DNA of 64,000 nt. Source: Octopus sinensis. Taxonomy: Eukaryota. The notes under the pieces were generated by a model. It saw only the letters and a list, made by a program, of their open reading frames with translations, was not told the DNA's origin and did no database searches. Position numbers and translations under genes: made by a program. The stretch lies in NCBI RefSeq assembly GCF_006345805.1, contig NC_043005.1, forward strand, positions 43,276,001 through 43,340,000, given 5' to 3'. Of this stretch, positions 1 to 13,320 are shown in pieces; position 1 is the first letter of the stretch; every line of letters starts with the position of its first letter.

Positions 1-287
1 AATTTTGGCACAAGGCCAGCAATCTTACTGGGAGAAGGTTTGGCACTTACACTGACCTTCCCTCCCTATTCCCTGTGCTTAACGGGAACATATCTTATCA
101 GCCCCTAAAGGTAACCTTGGTTAAATTTGAACTCAGAACAATAAAGAGTTGAAAGAAATGTCGTTAAAAATAATGAAACAAGATGAAAAAAAAAATTGAA
201 GCCTATTTGAAACAGGATAGGATAACTTTTAAAGCTTGACAACAATTGACTGTGTAAAATAACAGATATTTAACAAAAATTTAACTA

Positions 288-509
288 TGAACCCTTTTGT
301 TACCAACCCAGTTGAAACCAGCTCTGGCTTTGAATACAAATGTCTTGTTTTCATAAGTTTTGAATTAAAATCTTCCACCAATCTTAGTCACAATTTATAT
401 TCCTAACACTAACTGAATGATAACGTTATTTTACTAAATTCTTTATCATATTTAAAGTAATTGGAAGAAACACAGCATCTCAACAGAAATACAGTAATGA
501 AAGAGTTAA
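288..509. mobile_element. piggyBac-type MITE family G, copy 1 of 4
   Basis: TTAA-CCCT-like termini, ~225 bp, homologous to 22181, 37836 and 47370. Confidence 0.65.
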
Positions 510-581
510 AATATGATTATCAGAAAACTAAAGATTTGTAAATTTTAACGACTTAGCATAGTATTTAAAATTTATTTATAT

Positions 582-1015
582 GGAGACACAAGCATGGCTA
601 TGTAATAAGTAGCTTGCTTCCCAACTACATGGTTCCATGCTCAGTCCCACTGCGTGATACCTTGGGCAAGTGTCTTCAACTATAACCTCAGGCTGACCAA
701 AGCCTTGTGAGTGGGTATGGTAGACAGAAACTGAAAGAAGCTCATCATATATATATATATATATATACATTGTGTGTGTGTATGTATTGCTTTGTGTCTG
801 TTTGTCCCCCACCATCGCTTGACAACCGATGTTGGTGTGTTTACATCCCATGATTAGCAGTTTGGTACAAAAGATAAATAGAATAAGTAGCTGGCGTCAG
901 AAAAAATAAAAATAAAAGAAGTACTGGTGTCAATTCATTCAACTAAAGATTCTTCAAGGTGGTGCCCCATCATGGGCCGTAGTCTAATGATTGAGACAAG
1001 TAAAAGATAGTAAAA
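582..1015 (+). mobile_element. SINE A (tRNA-derived head, central TA/TG tract)
   Basis: Head ...GGTTCC.GGTTCAGTCCCACTGCG...CACCTTGGGCAAGTGTCTT and tail ...GACTGAAACAAGTAAAAG shared with ~20 copies. Confidence 0.85.
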
Positions 1016-1480
1016 ATAAATGATCTTCCCTTGAGTGTTTATTCTGTAGCAATAGTTTGACGCTCAAGTATAAACTCATAGTCATTTTCTGTGTGTATAT
1101 GCGTGCTGTTGTCTGAACTGGAAGTAAGTATTTCTGCTATCCCTCTAACCACCTCTGACCCCATTGCTATTGGAGTACTCTCTCTCTCTCTCTCTCTCTT
1201 ACTAATGTCTCTGATTAGCTTTAATTAATTGGTATCCTTGATGGCCTGGTACCTTACCTAACCATACACACCCTATCACTCACTGACTATTTCCTTCCTG
1301 ACCTTCGTTCGCATTGGAGAATGGAGTGACTGGTACAAAACTTCCCATTCATTTTCTACTGCCTGTTCCTTCTGTCCTAGCTACAACTTAGTAGCTAGCT
1401 CTTCATTGCTTCGCCTGTAAAGGTGTTACTAATCTACACTCATTGACATTTTCTTGGTAATTTTCTCCTCACCATATCAG

Positions 1481-1576
1481 AGCAGTCTTTAATCGAAAAG
1501 ATAGTTTTAGTGTCAGAGGAAGTAAGGGGTTGATCAACTTGAAGCCAGCCAGCCAAATAGTCATTGACAGTGCAAG
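1481..1576 (+). CDS. Candidate 96-nt symmetric (phase 2-2) exon
   Basis: Pyrimidine tract ttttctcctcaccatatcag, open frame AVFNRKDSFSVRGSKGLINLKPASQIVIDSA, donor AAG|GTAACT. Confidence 0.3.
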
Positions 1577-1654
1577 GTAACTATGTCGTTCCCTAGATTC
1601 TAAATATTGAATAAGTAGCAGCAATTGAGATAAAATGGACACTTCTTATTTTCG

Positions 1655-2064
1655 TATCTTTTACTTGTTGCAGTCATTAGCCCACGGCCATGCTGGGGCA
1701 CTGCCTTGAAGAATTCTTAGTCAAATAAATCAGCCTAAGGACTTATTTCTTTTTAAAGTCTGATACTTATCCTATTGGTCTCTTTTGCTGAACCACTAAG
1801 TTACAGGGACTAACATACCCACAAACATACATACATCCCTGCATATATATATATATTTCATCAGTAACTCATAAATTCAAAAGCAAAGCAGACTCTAAGT
1901 TACAGAGCAGTCAAATAATTAGATAAAGATAATTATGACTGGCCTATGGGGTCACCCTGGGTTTCACATCCATAAAGCATTTAGCCTTTTAGTTTTTCTT
2001 CAGACCCTAATGTCTGGTGTTCTGTAACCTCTCTCCAAAGTAGAGGGAGAAAAGACCTCATAGC

Positions 2065-2098
<34 letters not shown>

Positions 2099-2262
2099 AT
2101 AAGATGGGCTTCTTTCAGTTTCCATCAAACAAATCCACTCACAAAGCTTTGGTTGGCCTGAGGATATAGTAGAAGACAGTTGCCCAAGGTGCTACACAGT
2201 GGAACTGAACCCAGAATTATGCGGTTGCGAAGCAAGCTTCTTACCACACAGCCACACCTGCA
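1655..2262 (-). mobile_element. SINE A, with an insert in its central tract
   Basis: Tail ~1655-1840 and head ~2100-2262. Confidence 0.7.
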
Positions 2263-3009
2263 CCTATATTTAACCCTATTAAACTATGTGCAGAGTAATT
2301 TTGTGGTGGAGAGAATGTCGTTGATTGAGGCTACTTCAACATATTACTGGTTGATAACATTCCTCTTCCTGAGAAAAGAAAGACAAATATGACCACACCT
2401 AAAGCTTAAATATAGAACTGTGAAGTACTGAACTTACCAAATTATATAAACACTAATGGCTCTATACTCTTAATCATTTTTATTTTAAATAATGGTATCT
2501 TTTAATTTACTTAAAAATATTTGGTGACTTTATAGTGCATGATTTCTTAAAATAGTCAGTAGTTTAAGGCTGTTCCAAAGGAAAGAACATTATTATTTTT
2601 TTTTTTTAATCTGATCCTTAGCTAGAGATAATTTCTGTGCTTATTCATTAAATGTTATTGCTAGTCATATATGTATATATATACACATTTATTATGATAT
2701 ATATATATATATATTATTTAATGATATGGTTCACGTGCTAATGATTAGGTGGAATTTCTAATTTCTTTTTCAGTTTTAATCCGAACTATCATTATCATTA
2801 GTTAAATTAGTGTTAACATATTTAATGTCATGATTGTCGACGATCTTATTAAGAAATAATTATGTAGCAAAGATAGGTTAACATTAACTTAATGCTTAAT
2901 ATCATTTTAAACATTGTTAAAAAAGGAAAAATCACTCTAGACATATTTCAGATGTATTAGACCTTTTCAGCAAAACATGAATTTATTATTGTCATTCAAA
3001 ATACATTAT

Positions 3010-3172
3010 AGTGCAGGCATGGCTGTGTGGTAAGAAGTTTGCTTCCCAACCACATAGTTCCTGGTTCATTCCCACTGGTTGGCACCTTGGGCAAGTGTTT
3101 TCTACTGTCATCACAGGCTGACCAAAACCTTGTGAGTTGATTTGGTAGATAGAAACTGAAGGAAGCCCATTG

Positions 3173-3205
<33 letters not shown>

Positions 3206-3440
3206 ATATATGTATATATATGTGTAAATGTGTCTTTGTGTATGTTCCCCACCACCACTTAACAACTGGTGTTGGTGTGTTTATGTCCCTGTAACTAACA
3301 GTTTGGCAAAAGAGACCGGTAGAATTAGTACCAGGCTTTTAAAAAAGAAGTTCTGGAGTCGATTCATTCAACTAAAAATTCTTCAAGGCTGTGCCCCAGC
3401 ATGGCTGCAGTCTAATGACTGTAACAAGTAAAGGATAAAA
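3010..3440 (+). mobile_element. SINE A
   Basis: Colinear with other copies. Confidence 0.85.
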
Positions 3441-4129
3441 GCTCACTTAGATGTCTAATATTGTACATGACCAGGTGTAAAAAACAGCATGTTTAGAATT
3501 GTAATGATCTCTAATATCACCTCTCGGAGATGTCATCTGCCTGAAAAACAATTAGTTAAGTTAGCTTATCATGAAATGATTAAAAATGATATATGAGAGA
3601 TTGAACTGATGAGGCTTTTTCCCCTCAACGCATAATTATTTGTTATTAGAATTTTAATAATCACTAATTAAATATTGCATTATTAATTAAATGTATTAAA
3701 TATTACATGTTAATAATGCTCACTACATGAAAATAAATTTGTTTTTCATGTAGATGGTCCCTCTGAGTAATTAACCTCGTTGATTTACTATTATCATTAC
3801 TCTATTAATTCCACCATTTTTCAACAGTGCTGCAATGGAGTTTAAATATATTGTCGACCTGTTGATTTTTGAAGATTATATTTTCTTTTCTGTTTTGTTT
3901 TTTTTTTTTCTCATTTAATTATCCCAGCTATTTAGTTTTCTGTTTGATTCAAACTTCTAATGATGACTGCTTCCATTGGTTATCATATGTGTAATCTGGA
4001 TCCTTAGGAAAGGAAAACTTAATTCTTGCTAATAAGATGATAACTTTTACAGACTTTTAATCTCATCATTTGAGATAAAAAATGTTTACAGATACAAAGG
4101 AGCTGCAGTATATTTACTTTCTGATAGAA

Positions 4130-4378
4130 ATAATCTTTGCTGCTATGGGCACAACACTTGAAATTGGGGAGGAAGGGGCCAGTCAGTTACATCAACACCA
4201 GCGCTTAACTGGTACTTATTTTAGTGACCCTGCAAAGATGAAAGGCAAGACGACCTTGGTGGAATTTGAACTTAGAATGTAGAGACATGAAACACTGCTA
4301 AGTATTTTTCCCAGCATGCTAATGATTCTGCCAGCTCACTACCTTAAACTTTGTGATATAAATGATGAGATTCCTTAC

Positions 4379-4422
<44 letters not shown>

Positions 4423-4990
4423 TCTTTTCTAGCATAGGCACAAAGCCTGAAATATTGAGGGAGGGCTTAAGTCAATTACATTGTCGGACTACTCAGTTGG
4501 TACTTATTTTATTGACCCCAAAAGGATGAAAGGCAAAGTCAACCCCAGCAGCATTTGAACTCACGAAGTAAAAATTGACAAAATACCACCAAGCATTTTG
4601 TCCAGTGTGCTAACAATTCTGCCAACTTGCCACCTTAAGCTTTGTGATATAGAAAATGAGATTCTTTACTATAATGATAATAATAATAATAATAATATAC
4701 TTATCTGAGTGAATATAATTTTCTTTTTTTTTTTTGTTTTGTTTACAATGTGATATAAATAATGAGATTCACTCAGATAATTATGAGATGGCAGAATCAT
4801 TAGCATACTGGGCAAAATGCTTAGTGGTATTCCATCTGCTGCAATGCTCTGAGTTCAAATTCCAACGAGGTCAACTTTGCCTTTCATCCTTTTGAAGTCA
4901 ATAAAATAAGTACCAGTTGAATACTGAGGTCAATGTAATCAACTTAACCTCTCCCCCAAAATTGCTGCCCTTGAGGTAAAATTTGTAACT
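4130..4990. mobile_element. Three SINE B copies: minus 4130-4345, minus 4432-4635, plus 4785-4990
   Basis: Shared core TTCTGAGTTCAAATTCC...GACTTTGCCTTTCATCCTTT...GATAAAATAAGTACCAGTTGAGCACTGGGG, associated with (ATT)n. Confidence 0.8.
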
Positions 4991-5019
4991 ATTACTACTA
5001 CTATTATTATTATTATTAT

Positions 5020-5432
5020 AGGCGTAGGAGTGGCTGTGCGGTAAGTAGCTTGCTTACAAACCACATGGTTCCGGGTTCAGTCCCACTGCAGGGCACCTTA
5101 GGCAAGTGTCTTCTACTATAGTCTCAGGCCAACCAAAGCCTTGTGAGTGGATCTGGTAGATGGATACTGAAAGAAGCCTGTCGTATATATGTATAATATA
5201 TATGTATGTGTGTGTATATGTTTGTGTGTCTGTGTTTGTACCCGCCAACATCGCTTGACAACTGATGCTGGTGTGCTTACATCCCCGTAACTTAGCGGTT
5301 CGGCAAAAGAGACCGATAAAATAAGTACTGGGCTTTTCAAAGAATAAGTCCTGGGGTCGATTTGCTAGACTAAAAGCGGTGCTCCAGCATGGCCACAGTC
5401 AAATGACTGAAACAAGTAAAAGAGTAAAGAGT
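5020..5432 (+). mobile_element. SINE A, young full-length copy
   Basis: GGCGTAGGAGTGGCTGTGCGGTAAG head, close in sequence to the 35698 and 52512 copies. Confidence 0.9.
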
Positions 5433-5933
5433 ATTATTATTATTATTATTATTATGCGAAATGTTGCCAACCAAGAAATACCAAAGGCTTTCACTGGCCA
5501 TGACCTGTCCAGTCTGTATCTACTTAGGATGAAAATATACTTCCATCTCAATCTTAGTATTCACCTGTATTAATCCATCGCACATCATAAGTGATATCCA
5601 TCACCTTGCTTGGAAGTAAGATGTTGGTGAACAATAAATAAATAAATAAATAAATAAATAAGAGCAATATATTGCTATTATCGGGGGGCTTTTATTTACA
5701 TGATATTTTGCCAGATAAATGGATATTGTCATTGTGATTGACATTTGTCCACAATATAAAACCCTTTATGAGATGTGCATATCAGAAATATCCTTCTGTT
5801 GACCTATTCAAGATGAACATTTAAAATACAGATGATGCCTTAATTAATCATAACTGAACGTTCCAATTCTTTATTCATCTCCATATTCTCTCCATAAGTA
5901 ATTTTAGTTTTTTATTTATTTAATCAGCCTCTG

Positions 5934-5969
<36 letters not shown>

Positions 5970-6865
5970 TTGTAATCAAGAAACCATTTTTCATTGTTCC
6001 TTCTGTAGTGAACTGCTAAAACAAGTAGCAGTAATTTCTTTGTTTGTCCAAAGATCAAGAGAAACCAGAAGACTTTTAACTGCCCTGATTATCTCTAAGA
6101 TGTTTGATTTTAAATATATGTATACATATATGTCTCCTTCAACTGTACGACATCTGATATATATTCAGATGAACAAAATAACTTTGAAACTAATTTATTT
6201 TACTGTGCAGTGTTATTGGCTCTTGAAAAAAACGATTGTCTCTCGTTGGTAGCCTTGTATATATAATATATGTCAATGATCTAGATTATGCTCATCATAA
6301 AACTTCAGGAAGTGAACATTTTAAATATTAGCCAAAAGTAAACTAAAAACAATAAAATGAAAATAGAAATGCCTGTCACTCATATTAACAAAAGAGTTTT
6401 AACCTCTATCAGTCTTACAATTCTTTTGCCTTTTCAGAAGTCAAAATCAGAGAATACTGTAAAATATATTCTGTAAATAATTTTTGCTAATATTCACAGA
6501 ACATAACTCCCTATAGGTATGAAGACTTTTACAATTAAGCATACAAAAATTATATATACACACACACACATATATATATATAAGCATAGTTTTATATCTG
6601 TTTTCCATGCTGGTGAGTTAACCAGATCGTTGTTGCTCTCTTTAATGAGTGAGGAGACCACATCTCGCATGTTAGTTTCATTTTTGGCTTGGTTTCTATA
6701 GCTGGTTTGCCCTGTCTTTGGCACCAACCACTTTACAGAATGCCTTGGATGTATTTCTTTCATGGTACCAGCACTAGAAAAGTTGGGGTGTCTTTGACAA
6801 AATTCTTTCTAACCCTATTTTTATATGTATCCCTCCTTCTCTCTCACTCCATATATATATATATA

Positions 6866-7238
6866 GTGAAGGCACATAGCTCAGTGGTTAGAGTGTTGAG
6901 CTTACGATCGTGAGGTTGTGAGTTTGATTCCTGGACCGGGCTGCGTGTTGTGTTCTTGAGCAAGACACTTTATTTCAAGTTGCTCCAGTTCACTCAGCTG
7001 TAGAAATGATTTGCGACATCACTGGTGCCAAGCTGTACCGGCTGCTGCCTTTCGCTTGGGTAACATCAGTGGTGTGGAGAGGGGAGGCTGGTGTGTATGG
7101 CCAACTGCTGGTCTTCCATAAAATTGACCCTAGGTTGTGTGTTGACCGGTGAGGTGACTTTCTGCCCAGATTTGTACTCCGGAGGGGAACCTCTTAGGTG
7201 CACCCATGGTCATTCGTGACTGATGGAGTTGAGTTTAC
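6866..7238 (+). mobile_element. SINE C (tRNA-like head with A/B boxes, core TGTTCTTGAGCAAGACACTTTA)
   Basis: TAGCTCAGTGGTTAGAG...GAGTTTGATTCC head, homologous to 12987 and 55593. Confidence 0.85.
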
Positions 7239-7289
7239 ATATATATATATATATGTATGTATATGTATATATACATACACACACGAGCA

Positions 7290-7575
7290 TATATATCTTT
7301 TATCTTGTTTGAGCCATTAGCCTGTGGCTATGTTGGGGTACCACTTTGAAAAAGTTTTGTTGATTGAATCAGCCCCAGTACTTATTATACACACATACAT
7401 ACACATATATATTTATGTATGTATGTCCCCCATTGCTTAGTGGTTCAGCAAAAAACACTGATAGAATAAGTACTAGGCTTAAAAAAATAAGTCCTGGGGT
7501 TGATTTGTTCAACTAAAACCCTTCAAAGTGCTCCAGTGTGGTCGCAGTCAAATGACTGAAACAAGTAAAAAAAAT
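7290..7575. mobile_element. Two SINE A tail fragments back to back
   Basis: Minus-strand tail ~7290-7400 and plus-strand tail ~7410-7575. Confidence 0.6.
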
Positions 7576-8542
7576 AATAAAGGAATAAATAAAAAAAAAA
7601 CCCTAAAATATTCAGCATAGAAATTCTGTTGCTTTTATTTCAGAAATTATTTATTAACTGTGAGAAACTTTTTTTTTCCACTTTTTGAATTTTTATTATT
7701 TTTTTTGGTAAGTTTTAAAATTTCAATTCTATTCAAATATGTTTTGTAGGAAAGTGGTGGTGGTGGTGGTGGTGGTGGTGACGATGGGGGAGGGGGTAGA
7801 GAGAAAAAGGAAACAAACTTTCCCATCAAAATAAGAAATCTTCAATAACTTAAGTGATTTTAAAGTCAGTGGTTTTAGAGAAAACATTTGAGTGTGTGTG
7901 TGTGTGTGTATGTGTGTGTGCGTGTGTGTGTGCGTATGTGTGTACGTGTGATGTGTATGCATGTGTATATACATGTTGGTTTATAGAAATATTGACATGA
8001 TATGCCATCTATTTATTGAGGTTTTAGCAAAAGTTTTTAGGCAGCACTGAATACTTCTACAGAGTTGTAAGATTGGTGTAATATTTAATGTATCCATACA
8101 ATAACTATTTTCTATAAATCTTTCTGGCAATTTTCTTCTGAAAACTGGCAAAATGTAGGCCAGAATGCTAAGATATTGTTACAGATTATTGTTACTTTAA
8201 ACATCATTGTTGCAACACAATGATTGCGATATGTTAGAGCATTTCAAGAGATTATTTATTTATTTATGATCAAAGTGAAACCATTGTGTCTTTAAGAATG
8301 TTATCTTAATCTTTGCTCCTTTCTGACTTAGTTTGTTTGCCATTTGTATTTATAGCCTGCTACAATATCGGCATCAACAACATTTCAATAGGGGAAAAAA
8401 AAAGAAGGAAACAAAAACCTGTTATTTTCTTTATTTATTAAACTGAGATAATTTAGATATTCACTTCCTATTCGTTGCTGCAAAAAATATATATCTATAT
8501 ATCTATATATATACATATATATAAATAAATAAATACAAACAT

Positions 8543-8805
8543 TAAGGAATGGAGTAGATAAGATCCTGGCTACATATGTTTCATAGTGAGCGAAACCTTG
8601 GAAGTGGTAAAATATCCAAGCGAGGTGTTCGGTACATATGTTAACATGTACCTACTTGCGACAATGTAAACTTTCATTCAATCAAGATACCCATGGCCTG
8701 ACAAGTAGCCTGCGGTATACCACATCACTTGAATATTTATCACTTCCGAAGTTCCACTCGGCAGTGAAACATATGTAACCCGGTTCTTATCTACTCCATT
8801 TCGTA
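8543..8805. mobile_element. MITE with ~90-bp imperfect TIRs and TA ends (Tc1/mariner-like)
   Basis: AATGGAGTAGATAAGATCCTGGCTACATATGTTTCA versus the reverse complement of TGAAACATATGTAACCCGGTTCTTATCTACTCCATT. Inverted similarity continues to ~8630/8720. Confidence 0.7.
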
Positions 8806-9177
8806 ACTCTTGTATTCTTATTCACATACCAGGCAACCCTGGTTACCTACCACATAATATATAAAAAGTTTATTGTACTTTAATCCAAAAATATCCACAA
8901 CCTTCCATCTCAGTAAACCAATATTGTCCATGAAAGTTGTTTTTTATATTTACTACAGATTGCTTGAAGCCAACTGTCTTCCTACACTTTGATCCTTAGA
9001 TCTTATCTCTCTCTATATATATATATATATCTTAATATCATACTTCACATGCCTTGTGTTTTTCACTTTGGTACCTTGATGTTTTTTACATATTGTAAAG
9101 AACTTGCATAGAACTTTGAATATTTTGCTGTCCATCAATTTGTACTGCTTCTTCACCATTTTTATCATTACTGCCAA

Positions 9178-9420
9178 TGTAATTTCAGTGTGACATCATC
9201 ATAGCTTCTATATTTCAGTGTGATATCTTCATGTCTCATATATATTCCCACTGTGCCTTCATGTCATATATATTCAATTGTGGTATCACATATTTCGCAC
9301 ATTTCAGTGTGTACCTTTGTGTCATGTCATAAACTCTTTGGTACCATTAAGTTTCATACATTCCAGTCTGATACCTTGATATCTTATATGTAGCAATGTG
9401 ATATCACATGTAGTCCAGTG
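9178..9420. repeat. Degenerate ~30-bp minisatellite, ~8 units
   Basis: Units resemble ATTTCAGTGTGATATCTTCATGTCTCATAT. Confidence 0.6.
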
Positions 9421-9654
9421 CAGTACTTTCTACTCTTGGCTATTTTATTGTATGTACATTAGAGAATGAGTATAGATTTATACTTTTGTATTATTATGCT
9501 TTTCATCTCGCCTCCAATTTCTCCAATAAAATATCTCAAATCTGGTTGTTAATGATTAATGATTGCAGTACCCCAACAACTACTAGGGAGACAGTTACTT
9601 TTTTTCATTGCCCATATTTTTTAGTACTTATCATTTTCATTATCATCATCTCCA

Positions 9655-10090
9655 GGTGATGAGCTGGTAGAATTGTTAGCATGCCGGACAAAATGCTATA
9701 TCTGCATGTTCTGAGTTCAAATTCCGCCAAGGTTGACTTTGCCTTCTCATCCTTTTTGTGGTTGATAAATTAAGTACCAGGGAAATACTGGGATCTATAT
9801 AATCAACTAGTCCCCTTCCCCCAAATTTCAGGCTTTGTGCCTTAAGATCAAAGGATTATTATTATTATTATTATTATTATTAGGGTGGTGAGCTGACAGA
9901 ATTGTCAGCATGCCACACAAAATTCTTAGCAGCATTTTGTTTTTCATCACATTCTAAGTTCAAATTCCACTGATGTCCACGGAGCCTTTCATCCCTTTGG
10001 GTGTCAATAAAATAAGCACCAGTTGAGCACTGGGGCCAATCTAATCAACTTACTCACTCCCCCGAAATTACTGGCCTTGTGCCAAAATAT
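9655..10090 (+). mobile_element. Tandem SINE B pair separated by (ATT)n
   Basis: Two GGTGAGCTG.CAGAAT heads, at ~9657 and ~9887. Confidence 0.85.
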
Positions 10091-10110
10091 TATTATTATT
10101 ATTATTATTA

Positions 10111-10159
<49 letters not shown>

Positions 10160-10166
10160 TATTATT

Positions 10167-10324
10167 GAGTGAGAGAGCAGTGCATGCAATCAAAGTGACA
10201 CCAGGGTAAAATATGCGAAGCCCAGAATACCCATCATGACTACTGTTCTAATAAGGGTACACCAGGCACATGCATCACAACCACATGTGCACGACATGGT
10301 GATCTCATATCAAGAAAAACAGGC
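10167..10324 (-). mobile_element. Shorter 5'-truncated copy of the same (AAT)n-targeting element
   Basis: Reverse complement of ~36900-37055, with (ATT)n on both sides on the plus strand. Confidence 0.7.
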
Positions 10325-10454
10325 ATTATTATTATTATTATTATATTATTATTATTATATTATTATTATTATTTTATTATTTTTATTATCATTATTATTA
10401 TTATTATTATTATTATCATTATTATTATTATTTTATTATTATTATTATTACTAC

Positions 10455-10508
<54 letters not shown>

Positions 10509-10601
10509 CATCATTATTATTATTATTATTATTATCATTATTATTATTATTATTATTATCATTATTATTATTATTATTATTATGATTATATTATATTATC
10601 A

Positions 10602-10665
<64 letters not shown>

Positions 10666-10737
10666 CATTATTATTATTATTATTATTATTATCATTATTT
10701 TATTATTATTATATTATTATTATATTATTATTACTAC

Positions 10738-10778
<41 letters not shown>

Positions 10779-10800
10779 TATCATCATCATCAGCATCATA
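10325..10800. repeat. Large compound (TAT)n microsatellite with CAT/TAC interruptions
   Basis: Seen directly in the sequence; it is the source of the spurious poly-Y/L/I ORFs. Confidence 0.97.
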
Positions 10801-12986
10801 GTCTGGTTTGGGAATGGTAGTTTTTTGGGGTTTTTTATCTGTTCATATTTTCTGTTCTTTATTAAATGTTTTTACCGGATATCGCTTATTATTATTATTA
10901 TTATTCGGTGATGGCTAACATTTTTATTTGCCAAATAAACCGAGATAAATATGGAAATAGATTTCAAGGGTCGAGAGGATAATGCATGTAAATAACTTGC
11001 CCCTTTTATTTTTATATTTCATTTCATTTACTTTTTTTTTTTTTATTGATCTAATATCATTTTCCTTGATTTACACTTACACGCTGAAGGTTCTCTCTTT
11101 CTCTGTGACATTGATGTCAGTCAGCTGTGTCAAATACTCCAGCAGTTAAAGTGAACTCAATTTCCTCGCTGGTGAAAACAATTACACTTTCACTATGACA
11201 CTTCCAAGATGTTCTACTGTCTATTCTCTTATCTTGGCTTTTCTTTCCTCCCAACAATTTCTACATCTTTTTTTTTCTTCTTCTTCTTTGTCTTTTTTTT
11301 TTACACTAATGAGTTTAAGACATTTTCAGAAAATATTTCTCCTCCAATAAAATTTAATCTGCTTTCTTTCGTTCTTTTTTTTTTTTTTTTTACTTTTTTA
11401 AATTATGTTACATGCAATCTTGTTCAATAGTATTAGTTCTATACACAAACTGTACCAAGATTAATTACCACTCAAAAATTCTCATGAACAACTAGCTTTT
11501 TCTGCCAGCCATTCATCCAGTTATCTATCTGCCCATCATTACTCGGGTTTTTTTTTTTTCTTTTTTCCTTCTCTTCTTCTCATTCTTGCTATGATACAAT
11601 TTTTATTCAATCAAAAGAAACTCACAAGAAGAGACATAAAAGAAAACTCTTTACAGAGAGTGGATTGAGAGATGTGTACAGCAAAGGAAGACCAATCGTG
11701 GAAAACTTTCAACTGAAATTATAATCAGTAATTTTGATTTCAATTGGCAGCGATTAATGCTACTTTTTTTTCCTTCTTTTTATTCTATTTTCATTGTATG
11801 TTTTTCTTCCTTATTTTGTAGTTTTACAATTTCGATGTCAAATTTAACTTCTGCTTGGCTTCCTACTTGCTCACTGCTTGAACAGTACCATAATCAGCTC
11901 ATTTGTACTTGTTTGAGTAGTTTACTCTCACAGCTGCTGTATAATATACCAGATTAACTGACTTAGAAATGAAATTTGCTATAACTTACTCCTCCTCAAG
12001 CTTTCAACCTATATTACATCCTCTAGGGAAAGTGTTAGTAATTCTAAAAAATTGATTCTGTGGTTTTTTTTTAATGTCTGTATGGTTATGAGCACATTTT
12101 TTCATTATGTTTTAAATATCATATAGAGAAATATAAGAAGTAGATAAGCTATGAAACACATAGTTCAAAATCTACCACATAAAATATTCTGTATCAGTCA
12201 CTAAAATGATAGTGACACTGCTTGTTCTTCAGAAAAAAATAAAGACTCGTTTATGTAATTCAGTCTGTAGAAAGTTTTCAGAGTTAAGTGGATGACTTGA
12301 GCCAATTATTCAATCATTAAACATTCTCTTCCCCGCAAAACAATTTTTGTTGGCTGTTATTTCTCATTTTTTAGATTTGGTATTGATGGATCTGTGTTGG
12401 TGCCACATAAAAAGCACTTGTACTGGTGCCACATATAAAATACTCATGCTTGTGCTATGTCAAAAGCACTGAGGCTGGTGCCACACAAAAAGGCTCCCAG
12501 TACACTTTGTGGGCATCTAGCTGTAGAAACCATAACAGAACAGGCAACAGTGCCTGATGTGGTCCTTGGTCATACCAGCTCCGGTCAAACCATCCATCCT
12601 ATGCCAGCATGAAAAACAAATCTTAAATGATGATGATGAAAAGGTTTATGGGTATTTTAGATGCTCCCTAACTATAACAGTACATGTTCAGAAAAATATG
12701 ATTTTAGTGTATTGAAGTCTACAGGAGGTTCAACTTCATATATAGAGCCTGGTATGATTCTTTTGAAATTTTTTCTTCCTTTATGGAAAAGGTACTATCA
12801 AATACGGTGCATTATGAAAGAAACTAGTGCAAGGTACATTGTACATCCTTCTTTAGATACAGCAGTATCACATGGATAAGTAAATATCATGGTGCTAATG
12901 GCAAAAACAGTAACAAAGGCTGAGCAAGTTCTTCACAATATAAAACAGCATTTTGATACATGCTAAAGACACACAGAGCTGACCAT

Positions 12987-13320
12987 GTGAAGGCATATAG
13001 CTCACTGGTTAGAGCGTTGGGCTCACAATCATGCGGTAGTGAGTTCAATTCCCGGACTGAGCTGTGTGTTATGTTCTTGAACAAGACACTTTATTTAATG
13101 TTGCTCCAGTTCACTCAGCTGTAGAAATGAATTGCAGTGTCACTGGTGCCAAGCTGTATCAGCATTTGCTTTTCCCTTGGATAACACTGGTGTCATGGAG
13201 AGGGGTGGCTGGTATGCATGGGTGACTACTGGTCTTCCATAAAAAGAACCTTGCCCAGACTTGTGCCTTGGAGGGGAATTTTCTAGGTGCATTCATGACT
13301 GAAGGGGGTCTTTATTTTTA
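12987..13320 (+). mobile_element. SINE C
   Basis: Colinear with 6866-7238. Confidence 0.85.

Noticed and set aside
6866-6945. tRNA gene-like heads (also 12987 and 55593)
   Set aside because: No complete cloverleaf; they continue into a shared SINE body.
10236-10911. 194-aa and 109-aa poly-Tyr/Leu/Ile ORFs
   Set aside because: They are translations of a TAT microsatellite.
11990-12022. Minus-strand 33-nt segment with TACTAAC and GTAAGT
   Set aside because: Stops in all frames and the branch point is only ~13 nt from the acceptor, so it cannot be called.
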